Source: an uncultured Candidatus Poseidoniales archaeon
GTDB lineage: Archaea; Thermoplasmatota; Poseidoniia; Poseidoniales; Thalassarchaeaceae
Direction of reading: 5' to 3'
NCBI GenBank assembly: GCA_902511005.1
Contig: CABXDN010000005.1
Span: 9,707 to 73,706, forward strand
Length of the DNA stretch: 64,000 nt
Shown here: one piece after another, positions 62,838 to 64,000 of the stretch
How the letters are laid out: each line of letters starts with the position of its first letter
How positions within the stretch are numbered: the first letter of the stretch is position 1
Notes under the pieces: model-generated
What the model was told of the DNA's origin: nothing
The model's database searches: none
What the model saw: only the letters and a program-made list of their open reading frames with translations
Made by a program: the position numbers and the translations under genes

Positions 62838-64000
62838 TCATGGCCATGATAAAACAGGCCATTTTTCATAATTGTCATTCTTCCAATCAATAAGTTCTAG
62901 ATTTTTTAGAACATCCTCTTTACATGTGATGTTTTTTTCTATTTGTTGCCTAAATAACCATCCTTTGAGCATACCAAGTTTTCGCCCTGGTTTTATCCCA
63001 GTAACTTCTGAAAGTGTAATTCCGTCTACAAGTGGCGAATTTCTTTCAAATGATATACTTAATTTTTCCAATCGCTGAATAAAATCTAGTGGCCTATGAT
63101 ATTCTAAAATCGCGTTTTTTTGTTCATCAGATAAATAATTATTGAATCTCCTCAAACTCTCGATATTGGTTTCGAAGTCTACATTTCTATGTTCATGCAA
63201 GAATGAAATAAGTTCTAGTTCCCTTTTTGAGTATTTGAGTTTCTCTCTGAGTGTTGCATAGATATAATCCTTATCGGATTCATTATTTCTTAATATTTTA
63301 GCTAGAATTACTAGAGGAGAGGTGCAATTTATTTCTGTCAAATCAACAGACATATCATTAAAAATAATTTTTAAAACTCCGATATCTTCCATTTTAGTTA
63401 GTATCTTATCTGAATTTTTACTGGTTAATATTCTCTTCATCTCTTCTCCAATTCTCTCATTTGATACATTTTTAAGCATTTCTTTATTTTCACGAATCGC
63501 ATTTTCGAGATCTTCTTCCATCGTTCTTATGTTGTTCCCACTATTATCTAAGAATCTGAATGCACGCATTATTCTTAATCCATCTTCAGAAATTCTTTCT
63601 CTAGCCTCACCGACCGCACGGAGAGTATTTTTTTCTAAATCATTCACCCCTCCAAAAAGATCTATTATTTTCCCGTCATCATCTATTGCCATAGCATTTA
63701 TGGTGAAGTCACGACGTGCTAAATCTGCCTCGATTTCTTTTCCAAAGGTGACATTATCCGGCCTTCTTCCATCACCATATGTCCCATCCTGACGTAATGT
63801 AGTAACTTCCCATTCATTTTTACTCTCTCCCTCTAATCTTACAATAACGGTACCATAGTCTTCTCCAATAGGTATGGTTCTTGGAAATAATTCTTTCACT
63901 TTATCTGGAGTTAGTGTGGTTGCTATGTCTAGATCTGAATTGATTTTTCCAAGTAATGAATCTCTAACCCATCCCCCAACAATCCATGCCTTTCCTTCCA
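62838..64000 (-). CDS. class II (bacterial/eukaryal-type) tRNA nucleotidyltransferase / poly(A) polymerase family protein; 5' end lies beyond the window
   Basis: The reading frame stays open to the window edge. Upstream of the track start it reads GKAWIVGGWVRDSLLGKINSDLDIATT (GG-W-V-RD plus D-x-D). It then reads EADLARRDFTINAMA and GLRIMRAFRF, the class II head-domain motifs. Confidence 0.75.
   Translation of the reverse strand, partial: EGKAWIVGGWVRDSLLGKINSDLDIATTLTPDKVKELFPRTIPIGEDYGTVIVRLEGESKNEWEVTTLRQDGTYGDGRRPDNVTFGKEIEADLARRDFTINAMAIDDDGKIIDLFGGVNDLEKNTLRAVGEARERISEDGLRIMRAFRFLDNSGNNIRTMEEDLENAIRENKEMLKNVSNERIGEEMKRILTSKNSDKILTKMEDIGVLKIIFNDMSVDLTEINCTSPLVILAKILRNNESDKDYIYATLREKLKYSKRELELISFLHEHRNVDFETNIESLRRFNNYLSDEQKNAILEYHRPLDFIQRLEKLSISFERNSPLVDGITLSEVTGIKPGRKLGMLKGWLFRQQIEKNITCKEDVLKNLELIDWKNDNYEKWPVLSWP

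Overview
AT-rich, very gene-dense 64-kb chromosomal segment: about 60 protein genes, one tRNA and one riboswitch. I saw no rRNA, CRISPR array, transposase or integrase. The information-processing genes are clearly archaeal: ribosomal proteins L44e/S27e/L37e, aIF2-alpha, Nop10, membrane-inserted LonB, archaeal-type AspRS and TyrRS, PAC2 and UPF0147. Several metabolic genes look bacterial: FabH, ETF plus acyl-CoA dehydrogenases, PepE and a class II CCA-adding enzyme. Acidic proteins, two giant surface proteins, peptide/amino-acid/fatty-acid catabolism and a TPP riboswitch suggest a marine planktonic heterotrophic Thermoplasmatota-type archaeon (Marine Group II/III-like). That placement is inference from gene content only. 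The signals most worth a second look are these. (1) A 364-bp gene-free, locally GC-enriched and strongly self-complementary interval (23415-23778) that looks like an unclassified structured RNA. (2) A textbook TPP riboswitch (about 27148-27234) whose conserved core contains the ATG that the ORF track used as the start of the downstream SSS-family transporter. (3) A Cas4/Dna2-type Fe-S PD-(D/E)xK nuclease fused to two RPA-like OB folds (42357-44201). (4) An acidic protein built from two or three tandem histone folds (36086-36868). (5) A tightly overlapped five-gene operon of unknown pathway (7515-12946). (6) Two giant mosaic surface proteins, one with an exposed thioredoxin WCGPC site. (7) A PiT-DUF47 fusion divergent from an AbrB-PhoU regulator, with perfect palindromes between them. 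(8) A pepE gene split by a G10 homopolymer. I cannot demonstrate a complete novel multi-gene system from sequence alone. All family assignments are motif-level readings and need HMM or structure confirmation.
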